64,000 nt of DNA, taken from the NCBI GenBank assembly GCA_033763905.1, contig JANRJP010000009.1, positions 1 through 64,000 of the forward strand, in the 5' to 3' direction. The position numbers were made by a program, and so were the translations under genes. Shown piece by piece: positions 49,990-59,144 of this stretch. The DNA comes from Gemmatimonadaceae bacterium (GTDB lineage Bacteria > Gemmatimonadota > Gemmatimonadetes > Gemmatimonadales > Gemmatimonadaceae). The stretch's first letter is position 1; the number at the start of each line of letters is the position of its first letter. The notes beneath the pieces were generated by a model. The model did no database searches, was not told the origin of the DNA, and was given only the letters and a program-made list of their open reading frames with translations.

Positions 49990-50691
49990 ATGTCACGTTG
50001 GCGCGCCTGGCGGCGTCGTCTGGTTTGGACGTTCGGCACCCTCGCGTTGCTGCCGTGGGTGCTCGCCTTGGGGTGTCGTGTGGTGCAGCCGCCGGCGACG
50101 CCGATTCAGCTCTCGCGGGCGGTGCAACGGGCGCTGGACGGGAAGCAGCCCTGGTGGCCGGTGCGTCGTGTCGTGTCGCGCTCGGAGATTGCCCCGGCGC
50201 TGCGTCGTGCGGTGCTCGCCGCAGAAGACGCGCGCTTCTACACGCATCGCGGGTTCGATCTCGTGGAGATCGAGGCGGCGATCGAGCGCAAACAGCGCGG
50301 TGGCCGACTGCGCGGCGCGTCGACGATCTCGCAGCAGGTGGCGAAGAATCTCTTCTTGTGGGAAGGCCGGTCGTTCGTCCGCAAAGGCCTCGAGGCGTAC
50401 TGCACCGTGGCGCTGGAAGTCGTGGTGCCGAAGGATCGGATCCTGGATCTGTACCTGAATCTCGCCGAGTGGGGGGACGGCTACTTCGGCGCCGAAGCGG
50501 CCGCCCAGCACTGGTTCAAGGTGCCTGCCTCGCGGCTCAGCGAGGATCAGGCGGCGCGGTTGGCGGCCATCCTTCCGGCGCCGAGACGCTGGTCGCCCAC
50601 CGGCTCGGTGGCGGCTCGGCGCACGGGATTCATTCGGCCGCGGATGCGGCAGGTGTCCGCGTACGAACCGACGGAGCGGCCTACTCCTTGA
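49990..50691 (+). CDS. mtgA: Monofunctional peptidoglycan transglycosylase
   Basis: AAEDARFYTHRGFD, RGASTISQQVAKNLFL, RKGLE and YLNLAEWG motifs. Confidence 0.95.
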   Translation: MSRWRAWRRRLVWTFGTLALLPWVLALGCRVVQPPATPIQLSRAVQRALDGKQPWWPVRRVVSRSEIAPALRRAVLAAEDARFYTHRGFDLVEIEAAIERKQRGGRLRGASTISQQVAKNLFLWEGRSFVRKGLEAYCTVALEVVVPKDRILDLYLNLAEWGDGYFGAEAAAQHWFKVPASRLSEDQAARLAAILPAPRRWSPTGSVAARRTGFIRPRMRQVSAYEPTERPTP

Positions 50692-51283
50692 GGATGAAGT
50701 CCACGACGAGCGCCGCTGCGAGCGACAGCAGCCGCGCCGGATCGTCGTCGGCCAGATCGTCGTCGAAGACCACGGCGTATTGATCGGCCGAGGTGAACAG
50801 CTCGACGCCGAGCGAGCGCCATTTCTTGGTCACCTGCGCGACGTGGCGTCCGCCGAAGGTCACGGCGAAGTCGAAGCTCGTCCACGTGCCCCGGACTTCA
50901 CCCGCGGGGACACCATTCGGCCCGGTGATGGTGAAGCGCCCGCCGATGCTGAAGATCTTGTGATGGAACGAAGCCACGAGTCGGTCCGCGGCATCCGTCA
51001 CCCGGACCGTCGACAGAAACAACGACACCCCGCGAGAGACGCGGAAGACGAGCCGCCCCTGCGTGTCACGGACTTCGCAGTTGAACGGCGTGTTCTTCTT
51101 GTACTCGGTGAACCGCAGCATCTTCGTGAACACGCCGAGCTTCGGCTCGCGGCAGTGCAGGACAACGCGGCCGCTGCTGTCGGTGATGTCGAACTGGTTG
51201 GCGGCGCGGAACGCGCCGACGTGTTCCTTGACGCCGAACGCTCGGCCGGCCGGGAGCTGGATGCCGCGTGCTGGGGAGGTCAT
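50681..51283 (-). CDS. LURP-one/scramblase (Tubby-like) family protein
   Basis: VKEH...FDI, KKW..LGVELFTSADQY and C-terminal hydrophobic helix. Confidence 0.8.
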   Translation of the reverse strand: MTSPARGIQLPAGRAFGVKEHVGAFRAANQFDITDSSGRVVLHCREPKLGVFTKMLRFTEYKKNTPFNCEVRDTQGRLVFRVSRGVSLFLSTVRVTDAADRLVASFHHKIFSIGGRFTITGPNGVPAGEVRGTWTSFDFAVTFGGRHVAQVTKKWRSLGVELFTSADQYAVVFDDDLADDDPARLLSLAAALVVDFILKE

Positions 51284-52782
51284 TTGGCGAGGAGTGGTGG
51301 AAGACGGTGCGCCCACGGGCGCGCCTGTTCAAGCTGCGCCGCCAAGCGGAAGAGCGTGGCGTCATCGCCGAACCGTGACACGAACTGCGTGCCGACCGGA
51401 AGACCGGCGGCATTCCAGTACAGCGGGACCGACATCGCCGGCTGGCCGGTGATGTTGAACAGCGGCGTGTAGGGAATGAAGCCGAAGACTTTCTCGATCG
51501 TCTGCTCGAGCAGGCCGGCGGCATTGAGGACGCCCCCGAGGTTGAGCCGGCCCAGTGCGGTGACGGCGGCCAGCTCCACGGCGGTGGGTTGTAGTGCGCC
51601 AATCGGAAAGGGCGGCGCGCCGAGGGTCGGTGTGACGAGCACATCATACGACGTGAAGAACGTGCCGACCTGACGCGTCGCCGTCTGCATCACGCGCACT
51701 GCGGTGGCGTACTCGGAGGCGCGGAAGTGCTGGCCGAGCAATCCCAATGCCCAGGTTGCCGGCTCGACATCCGACGCGCGTGGAGCTCGGCGCAGCTGCT
51801 CGGCGAGATACTCGAGCTCCGAGCGCGTTTCTGCCGCGACGACGGTGAGAAACGCGCGGGCCAGCGTGTGGCCGTCGATCGGCGGCGTGGCGTCTTCGAC
51901 ATCGTGGCCGAGGGACCGGAGCAGTTGGGCAGCGTCGTCGAGCGACGCGCGGCAGTCGGGGTGCACCGTGCCGCCGAAGAACGGCGTGTCCGTCACCGCA
52001 ATCCGGAGTCGACCCGGTTCGCGTCCGACTTCCTCGAGGAACGGGCGCGCGGTCGCGGGGGCGGGCGTCGACGTGCCGATGTCCTCCCCTTCGGTGGCGT
52101 CCAGCATCGCCGCCGAGTCGCGCACACTGACGGTGAGCACGTGCTCCTGCACGAAGCCGCGCCAGACGTCGCCAATGTCGGGACCCGTGGGGTTGCGGCC
52201 TCTCGTGGGCTTGAGTCCGAAGATGCCGCAGGCCGATGCGGGAATGCGGATCGAGCCGCCGCCGTCGCCGCCGTGGCTGATCGCCACGAGGCGTGCGGCG
52301 ACCGCAGCGCCGGACCCGCCAGAGGACCCGCCAGTGGTGCGCGAGAGATCCCACGGATTCCGCGCGGGGCCCAAGGCTGCGCTTTCGGTGAACGGCGTGA
52401 GTCCGAGTTCTGGCGTGTTGGACTTGCCCACGAACACCGCCCCCGCCCGTCGGTAGCGGCGAATCAGTTCGCTGTCGTGCTCGGCAGGGCGATCCGCCGC
52501 GAGTCGGCTCCCGTTGCTCGTCGGCACACCCGCGATCGTCGCCAGCAGGTCCTTGATGAGCATCGGTACGCCGGCAAAGGGCGCGGCGGGATCAATGCTC
52601 GCGAGCTGGGCGCGCGCTTCGCGCTCGAGCAGTCGGACCACGGCGTTGAGCGCGGGGTTCCGCGCGGCGATCCGGGCCAACGCGGCGTCCAGCAGTTCGG
52701 CGCTGCTGACCTGGCGCGAGCGCACGAGCTCGGCCTGCGCCAAGCCGTCCAGCTGGTCGAATTCGGGGAGCGGAAGCGGCAT
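51280..52782 (-). CDS. Amidase signature family enzyme
   Basis: PFAGVPMLIKD, GKSNTPE, GGSSGGS and DGGGSIRIPA motifs. Confidence 0.95.
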   Translation of the reverse strand: MPLPLPEFDQLDGLAQAELVRSRQVSSAELLDAALARIAARNPALNAVVRLLEREARAQLASIDPAAPFAGVPMLIKDLLATIAGVPTSNGSRLAADRPAEHDSELIRRYRRAGAVFVGKSNTPELGLTPFTESAALGPARNPWDLSRTTGGSSGGSGAAVAARLVAISHGGDGGGSIRIPASACGIFGLKPTRGRNPTGPDIGDVWRGFVQEHVLTVSVRDSAAMLDATEGEDIGTSTPAPATARPFLEEVGREPGRLRIAVTDTPFFGGTVHPDCRASLDDAAQLLRSLGHDVEDATPPIDGHTLARAFLTVVAAETRSELEYLAEQLRRAPRASDVEPATWALGLLGQHFRASEYATAVRVMQTATRQVGTFFTSYDVLVTPTLGAPPFPIGALQPTAVELAAVTALGRLNLGGVLNAAGLLEQTIEKVFGFIPYTPLFNITGQPAMSVPLYWNAAGLPVGTQFVSRFGDDATLFRLAAQLEQARPWAHRLPPLLAK

Positions 52783-52867
52783 CCCCGATGATCGTCAACC
52801 GGACGTGGTGACGCTAGGCGGCGACGGGTGATAGCTTCGCCCGGACCCTTCGTGCGGAGATCGTGTC

Positions 52868-54247
52868 GTGTCGGATTCGGTGTCGCGTCGGAACTTTCTG
52901 GCCGGGGCTGCGGCCGTCGGTGTTGGTGCTCTGGGACTGCCGGCGCACGTGCTTGCCGAGGATCTCGCGCTGGCGCGCTCCCCCGAGACGCCGCCGCCGG
53001 CGAGCGGCGGCACCTTTATGCGCGGCGTCCCGTTTGCGCAGCACGACGTGGTGCGGGTGGCCATCGTCGGGACCGGCTTGCGTGGGCGCGGGATTCTGCG
53101 CGAGCTGCTGGCCATTGACGGGGTACGGGTCACGGCGATCGCCGATCTCGTGCCGGACAAGGCCGCTCGCGCGAACAAGATGATCACCGACGCGGGGCAG
53201 CCGGCGCCGGCCGTGTTCGCCGGGACCGAGACCGGCTTCGAGCAGCTCGTGCAGCGCGACGATATCGACCTCGTGTACACCGCGACGCCGTGGGAATGGC
53301 ACGTGCCGGTGTGTCTGGCGGCGATGCGGAATGGGAAGCACGCGGCCACCGAGTGCAACGCCGGGATGACACTGCGTGACCTGTGGGCGCTGGTCGATAC
53401 GTCGGAGGCGACCGGCAAGCACTGTCTGCAGCTCGAGAACTGCTGCTACGGCCAATCGGAGATGCTGGTGAATCGTCTGGTGCACGCGGGTGTGCTCGGC
53501 GAGGTGCTGCACTGCGAAGCCGCCTACCTGCACGACCTGCGCGAGATTCTCTTCGAGACTCGAGACGAGGGGCTGTGGCGCCGCGCGTGGCACACGAAGT
53601 TCAACGGCAATCTGTATCCCACACACGGGCTTGGTCCGGTGTCGTGGTATCTCGACATCCACAACGGCGACCGCTTCGACTATCTGGTGTCGATGTCCTC
53701 GCCCGAGGCGGGACTCACGGCGCATCGCGCCGCGACGATCAAGGATCAGAATGATCCGCGTTGGGCGGAGCGCTACGTGACCGGCGATCTCAACAGTTCG
53801 CTGATCAAGACCGCCAAAGGCCGCACGATTCTGTTGCAACACAACGTGTCGAGTCCGCGGCCGTATTCGCGACTCAACAACGTGCAGGGTACCAAGGGCG
53901 TGTTCGAGGACTACCCGCCGCGCATCTATGTGGATGGGCAGGCGGGTGGAGAGCGCTTCGGCTCGCTCGACCCGTGGAAGGCCGAATACGATCACCCGCT
54001 GTGGAAGAACGTCGGCGAGTTGGCGCGCAAGACCGGCGGCCACGGCGGGATGGATTTCATTATGTGTTGGCGCCTGGTGCAGTGCTTCCGTGAAGGGCTG
54101 GCACCGGACTTTGACGTCTACGATGCGGCGGCGTGGAGTGCGCCCTTCGCGCTGTCGGCGATGTCGGTGTCGCGACAGAGCGCGCCGGTGAAGTTCCCCG
54201 ATTTCACTCGGGGCCGCTGGAACACACCGCTGGTCGCGCGCGGGTGA
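52868..54247 (+). CDS. Tat-exported Gfo/Idh/MocA NAD+-dependent glycosidase (GH109, alpha-N-acetylgalactosaminidase-like)
   Basis: SRRNFL Tat motif; GTGLRG, TPWEWH, LENCCY, YLHDL, GNLYPTHGLGP and GGHGGMD. Confidence 0.9.
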   Translation: MSDSVSRRNFLAGAAAVGVGALGLPAHVLAEDLALARSPETPPPASGGTFMRGVPFAQHDVVRVAIVGTGLRGRGILRELLAIDGVRVTAIADLVPDKAARANKMITDAGQPAPAVFAGTETGFEQLVQRDDIDLVYTATPWEWHVPVCLAAMRNGKHAATECNAGMTLRDLWALVDTSEATGKHCLQLENCCYGQSEMLVNRLVHAGVLGEVLHCEAAYLHDLREILFETRDEGLWRRAWHTKFNGNLYPTHGLGPVSWYLDIHNGDRFDYLVSMSSPEAGLTAHRAATIKDQNDPRWAERYVTGDLNSSLIKTAKGRTILLQHNVSSPRPYSRLNNVQGTKGVFEDYPPRIYVDGQAGGERFGSLDPWKAEYDHPLWKNVGELARKTGGHGGMDFIMCWRLVQCFREGLAPDFDVYDAAAWSAPFALSAMSVSRQSAPVKFPDFTRGRWNTPLVARG

Positions 54248-55065
54248 CGTCTCGGGCGGTCATCCTGGCGCGCGGACTCGGCACACGGATGCGCCGCGAA
54301 GCCGACGGCGCGGTGGGGTTGGACGCGGCGCAGACGGCGGCGGCGTCCGCGGGGCACAAGGCGATGATGCCGGTCGGGCGGCCGCTGATCGAGCACCTGT
54401 TGACGGCGGTGGCCGATGCCGGGCTGCGCGACGCGGTGCTCGTCATTGGCCCGGAGCATACCGACATTCGCGCGCATTTCGCAGCGGCGCTGGCCGAGGA
54501 ACCCCGCCGCCGGATTGCGGTTCGATTCGCCGAGCAGGCCGAGCCCCGTGGCACGGCGGACGCGGTGCTCGCCGCGCGCGACGCGTGCGGCGAGGCGCCG
54601 TTTGTCGTGCTCAACGGCGACACGTGGTACCCGCCCGAGGCCATTGCCGCTGTGGCGCAGGCGCCGGCGCCGGCCTTTGGGGCCTTTGACGCCGAGGCCT
54701 TGGTGCGCTTGAGCAACATTCCTGCGGAGCGCGTGTTGGCGTTCGCGCTGTGCGACGTGGCGCCGGATGGCGGGCTACGCGATATCGTCGAAAAGCCCGC
54801 CGCAGATCACCCGTTGGCGCTGGCGTCGCGGCGGGCGGTGTCGATGAATCTCTGGCACTTTGGCCCCGAGATCTTCGCGGCGTTGGCGCGGGTGACGCCT
54901 TCGCCGCGGGGGGAGTTGGAGCTGGTGGATGCGGCGCGGGGGGTGCTGCGCAGCGGTGCGCGGGTGCAGGCGGTGCCGCTCGCTACGGGAGTGCTGGATC
55001 TCTCGACGCGAGGAGACGTGGCGTCCGTCGCCGCGCGGCTAGCCGGACGCCCGGTGGCGTGGTGA
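54244..55065 (+). CDS. Sugar-phosphate nucleotidyltransferase
   Basis: ILARGLGTRM...K, QAEPRGTADA, LNGD and SPRGELEL motifs. GTGA overlap with the upstream gene. Confidence 0.88.
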   Translation: MTSRAVILARGLGTRMRREADGAVGLDAAQTAAASAGHKAMMPVGRPLIEHLLTAVADAGLRDAVLVIGPEHTDIRAHFAAALAEEPRRRIAVRFAEQAEPRGTADAVLAARDACGEAPFVVLNGDTWYPPEAIAAVAQAPAPAFGAFDAEALVRLSNIPAERVLAFALCDVAPDGGLRDIVEKPAADHPLALASRRAVSMNLWHFGPEIFAALARVTPSPRGELELVDAARGVLRSGARVQAVPLATGVLDLSTRGDVASVAARLAGRPVAW

Positions 55066-55138
55066 GCGGCGAGCCATCCACAGCCTTCCACGCCTCGTGT
55101 AACTTCGCTGGCGACGTCCACGCCCCCTTCCCCGCCTT

Positions 55139-57055
55139 ATGCTCATCTCCTGGATCGACTGGGTCATCGCGTTCGCGTCGATCGCCGTCTGCTTCGTGCC
55201 GGCGCTCTTCCTCGCGAAGCGTTCCGGCAGCAGCACGGCCGAGTTCTTCGGCTCGGGGCGCTCCGTGCCGTGGTGGCTGGCGGGCTTGTCGATGGTCGCC
55301 ACGACGTTTTCGTCGGACACGCCGAACTGGGTGACGGAGCAGGTGCGCCGCTACGGCGTCGCCGGCAACTGGCAGTGGTGGGCCTTCGTGCTCACCGGGG
55401 TGGCGACGGTGTTCTTCTTTGCTCGGCTCTGGCGCCGCTCGGGTGTCCTCACCGACCTCGAGTTCTACGAATTGCGCTATTCCGGTCGCTCGGCGTCGGT
55501 CGTACGCGGATTCCGTGCGGTGTATCTGGGGCTGTTCTTCAACTGCTTCATTATGGGGATGGTCACGCTCGCGGCCTGCAAGATCGCGAACATCCTCTTT
55601 GGGCTGACGCCGCTCCAGACGATCGTCGTCACGGGCGTGCTGAACGTCGTGTTTGCCGCGCACTCCGGGCTCTGGGGCGTGCTGGTCATCGATATGATCC
55701 AGTTCTTCATCAAGATGACGGCGGTCTTTGCTGCGGCGTGGTTCTCGCTGGTCGAGGTTGGGCGTCGGCTCGGCAACGAGGCCAGCGCGTGGGTCGGTCT
55801 CAAGCTCTTGATTGCGAAGTTGTCCACCCAGCAGGTCGCGCAGGGCACCGCGGCGGGCGCGCAGCCGGTCATGACCGCGTCCGATGGCACGGGGCAGCCC
55901 ATTCTCGACCTGATGCCCAACTTCGGGATGTCGGAACTGGCGTTGATGATCTTCATTCTGCCGATCGCCGTGAGCTGGTGGGCGAATTGGTATCCCGGCG
56001 CCGAGCCGGGCGGTGGGTCGTACATCGCGCAGCGGATGCTGGCGTCCAAGTCCGAGAAGGACGCGTTGGGCGGCACGTTGTTCTTCAACGTGGCGCACTA
56101 CGTGTTGCGGCCGTGGCCGTGGATCATCACGGCACTGTGTTCGATCATCGTGTATCCCGATCTCGCGTCGATTCAGGCCGCGTTTCCGCAAGCGGATGCG
56201 TCGCTGATCGGTCACGACTCGGCGTTTCCGGCGATGCTCAAGTTTCTCCCGGTCGGGTTCGTTGGCCTGATGATCGGCGGACTTCTTGCGGCAAACTCGT
56301 CGACGATTCTCACGCACCTCAACTGGGGATCGTCGTATCTCGTGCACGACTTCTATCGACGCTTCATCCGCAAGGATGCGTCGGAGTCGCACTACGTGAA
56401 CGCGGGACGAGTGTCGACGGTGCTGTTGTACATCGTGGCGGCGCTGTTGTCGCTGACGATGAGCAGCGCGCAGCAGGCGTTTCAGGTGCTGCTGTCGATC
56501 GGGGCCGGCACGGGGCTGCTCTACATCGCGCGCTGGTTCTGGTGGCGCGTCTCGGCGTGGTGCGAGATCGTCGCGATGGGCGTGTCGCTGCTGACCTCGC
56601 TGGTCGTGCCGGCGCTGATGCCGGATGCCGGTTTCGCGACGGTGACGATCGTGCAGGTCGGCATCACCACGGTGGCGTGGCTGATCACGGCGTTTGTGGG
56701 GCCCGAGACATCACGGGAGACGCTGGTCGCCTTCGTGCGGCAGGTGAAGCCGGTGGGGCCCGGCTGGACCGCGATTCGCGCCGTGGCCGGTGTGTCGGAC
56801 GCGGACGTGGCGCGTGAGAATCGCGTGGGTGCGGCCTTTGTCGGCTGGATCGCCGGGTGTCTGGTGATCTGGTCGTCGCTGTTCGTGATCGGCAACGCCC
56901 TCTATGCGGCGGGCGATCCGTCGCGCGTGATGCCCACCGTGGTCTTGAGCGCAGTGCTGGTCGTGAGCGGTGTGGTCCTGCTGCGCGTGACGCGCCAACT
57001 GTGGTCGGACAGCGCGGACGCCGAGCGTCGCGCGGCGCAGGGCACAGCGGCATAG
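55139..57055 (+). CDS. Sodium:solute symporter (probable sugar transporter)
   Basis: EFFGSGRSVPWWLAGLSMVATTFSSDTP, YIAQRML and many TM helices. Confidence 0.92.
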   Translation: MLISWIDWVIAFASIAVCFVPALFLAKRSGSSTAEFFGSGRSVPWWLAGLSMVATTFSSDTPNWVTEQVRRYGVAGNWQWWAFVLTGVATVFFFARLWRRSGVLTDLEFYELRYSGRSASVVRGFRAVYLGLFFNCFIMGMVTLAACKIANILFGLTPLQTIVVTGVLNVVFAAHSGLWGVLVIDMIQFFIKMTAVFAAAWFSLVEVGRRLGNEASAWVGLKLLIAKLSTQQVAQGTAAGAQPVMTASDGTGQPILDLMPNFGMSELALMIFILPIAVSWWANWYPGAEPGGGSYIAQRMLASKSEKDALGGTLFFNVAHYVLRPWPWIITALCSIIVYPDLASIQAAFPQADASLIGHDSAFPAMLKFLPVGFVGLMIGGLLAANSSTILTHLNWGSSYLVHDFYRRFIRKDASESHYVNAGRVSTVLLYIVAALLSLTMSSAQQAFQVLLSIGAGTGLLYIARWFWWRVSAWCEIVAMGVSLLTSLVVPALMPDAGFATVTIVQVGITTVAWLITAFVGPETSRETLVAFVRQVKPVGPGWTAIRAVAGVSDADVARENRVGAAFVGWIAGCLVIWSSLFVIGNALYAAGDPSRVMPTVVLSAVLVVSGVVLLRVTRQLWSDSADAERRAAQGTAA

Positions 57056-57070
57056 GTCGGAGACAGACGC

Positions 57071-58165
57071 GTGCCGACCGCGCTGACCGACGTGACGTAT
57101 CTGCCGCACGTGCCGGGGCGGATCGAGCTGCTCGGCAAGCACGTCGATTATCTCGGTGGCCGGTCGCTGACCTGTGCGACGCCGTGGGGGCTCGCGGGTC
57201 GTGCGACTCGCGTGGCGGTCCAGGCGGGCGACGTCGCCGCGTTGCTGCCGCACCGCGACGACGTCTATGCGCATGCTGTAGCTCGACGACTGACCCGCGA
57301 CTTCGGTCCGTTGCGCTACGGTGCTGACGTCGCGCTGTCGAGCACGTTGCCGCTTGCCGCTGGAATGTCGAGCTCAAGTGCCTACGTGATTGCGTTGCTT
57401 GCGGCGCTGTCGTGGGCGAACGAGCTCTCGTCGCGCGAGGCGTGGCACGCGGCCGGTTTGCACGAGCCGATCGGGTTCGCCCAGTACGCGGCCGCCGTGG
57501 AGTCGGGTGGGGCGTGGGGTCCGTTCGTCGGCGACGACGGCGTCGGCACGCGGGGCGGGGCGCAGGATCACATCGCCATTCTCTGCAACGCGCCGCGCGC
57601 GGTCGGCCAGTTCCGGTACAAGCCGGGCGCGCTCGAACGTCAGGTCGCGTGGCCCGCCGATTGGCGCCTGCTGGTGCTGCACAGCGGCGTGGTCGCCGAG
57701 AAGACCGGGGCGGTGATGGCCGAGTACAACCGGATTGCCGCCGAGGGAGCCGAGGGTGGTCCCGAACGTCAGCGGCAATTCGTGCGCGAGACCGAGGCGC
57801 TGGTGCCGATTGCTGCCGATGCGATCGCTGCGGCCAGACCGGAAGTGCTTGCGGCTGCAGCCGCCGAGTCGCAGGTGATGGCTGAGCGCGTACTGCGCAA
57901 TCAGATCCCCGAGACGGTGGCGTTGTGTCGCTTGGCCGTGGAGGCCGGCGCCTTCGCCGCATCGAGTTTTGGCGCGGGCTTTGGCGGTGCGGTGTGGGCC
58001 TTGTCGACGATGCTCGAGTGCGACCACGTGCTGCGTCGCTGGCGCGCGGCCTACGCGGCGACGTTTCCGGCGCGTGGCGAGACGTGGAGTGGCGTGATGT
58101 CGCCTGCGGGCACGCTGCTCAGCGCAGCATCAGCCCAGGTGTCGCGGCCGGAGGGGCAGTCCTGA
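57071..58165 (+). CDS. Galactokinase-like GHMP sugar kinase
   Basis: PGRIELLGKHVDY, PLAAGMSSSSA, GAQD and FGAGFGG motifs. Confidence 0.88.
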   Translation: MPTALTDVTYLPHVPGRIELLGKHVDYLGGRSLTCATPWGLAGRATRVAVQAGDVAALLPHRDDVYAHAVARRLTRDFGPLRYGADVALSSTLPLAAGMSSSSAYVIALLAALSWANELSSREAWHAAGLHEPIGFAQYAAAVESGGAWGPFVGDDGVGTRGGAQDHIAILCNAPRAVGQFRYKPGALERQVAWPADWRLLVLHSGVVAEKTGAVMAEYNRIAAEGAEGGPERQRQFVRETEALVPIAADAIAAARPEVLAAAAAESQVMAERVLRNQIPETVALCRLAVEAGAFAASSFGAGFGGAVWALSTMLECDHVLRRWRAAYAATFPARGETWSGVMSPAGTLLSAASAQVSRPEGQS

Positions 58166-58981
58166 CGGGACGGCTCGAGTGGCCGGAGTCTTGAGCGGCT
58201 TGGGTTTGGGCAGGCCCGACCAGCCGTCATCGAGGGCGGCCTGATGTACGGCTTCCCAGATGAGCCAGGCACGACGTCGGTCGAGCGAGCAGCCTTCTGA
58301 GATGCCCGCAGCGGCGTCATTGAGCATCGCCACACCGCGAATGGCTTCACCAACCGCTCGCTCGAGCCGTTTGGCTGACTCCAGTTCGCCGGCGGCACGC
58401 GCGCTCACCCGCTGGCTGGCTGCCACAACGGTCGTCACGTCTGTCCGCGCAGCATCCAGCGCTTGATGGCTGAGCGCAACCTGCTGTTGCAAGACCTCGA
58501 CCAAGCCTGCGACGTCGCGTGCGGATTGTGACGCCTCGTCGGCGAGCATCTTCACTTCGGCCGCGACGACGGCGAAGCCACGCCCGGCATCGCCGGCGCG
58601 CTCGGCTTCGACTGACGCGTTCAACGCCAGTAGGCGCGTCTGCCGGGCCACCTTCCCGATCGCCGCAACCACGCGCGAGACATCGCGCATCGTGGCGCTG
58701 AGCTGCTCGGTCGCCGCGTTCGAGGCGCCAACCGCTGCGGCCGTCCGGCCGGCGGCCAGTTCGGCGTCGCGGAACTCGGAGGCCAACGACTCGAGCGACG
58801 CGATCTGCCGATCGATGCCCTCGTCGGCGTAGCGTGAGGCGTCGCGCACGCGGGCCGCTTCGCTGATCAGCCCGACCATCTTGTGCTCCGCCTCGCCGAT
58901 GAAATCGGACAAGGCGGCGGCACGGCGAACGGCCGTCTCGATCGGGGGGCAGGGGCGTTCGCCGGGAAACGGGACGGTCAC
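58130..58981 (-). CDS. Soluble methyl-accepting chemotaxis protein (signalling domain only)
   Basis: [37 protein letters not shown] hairpin tip; no TM segment. Start uncertain. Confidence 0.85.
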   Translation of the reverse strand: MTVPFPGERPCPPIETAVRRAAALSDFIGEAEHKMVGLISEAARVRDASRYADEGIDRQIASLESLASEFRDAELAAGRTAAAVGASNAATEQLSATMRDVSRVVAAIGKVARQTRLLALNASVEAERAGDAGRGFAVVAAEVKMLADEASQSARDVAGLVEVLQQQVALSHQALDAARTDVTTVVAASQRVSARAAGELESAKRLERAVGEAIRGVAMLNDAAAGISEGCSLDRRRAWLIWEAVHQAALDDGWSGLPKPKPLKTPATRAVPSGLPLRPRHLG

Positions 58982-59144
58982 GTGCGGGGGGGCGTGCGTG
59001 GGAGAATCGGCGGGTCGAGCGCCGCGGCGGCCCGCAGACTGCGACGCCTCACCTCAAGCATCGGCGCCGGTTGCGCGCGCTTGAATGGCACTCGCCGTCT
59101 CAGATTGAGCCGCCCTTGGGTCGGGCAATGCGATGCCCACAGAC

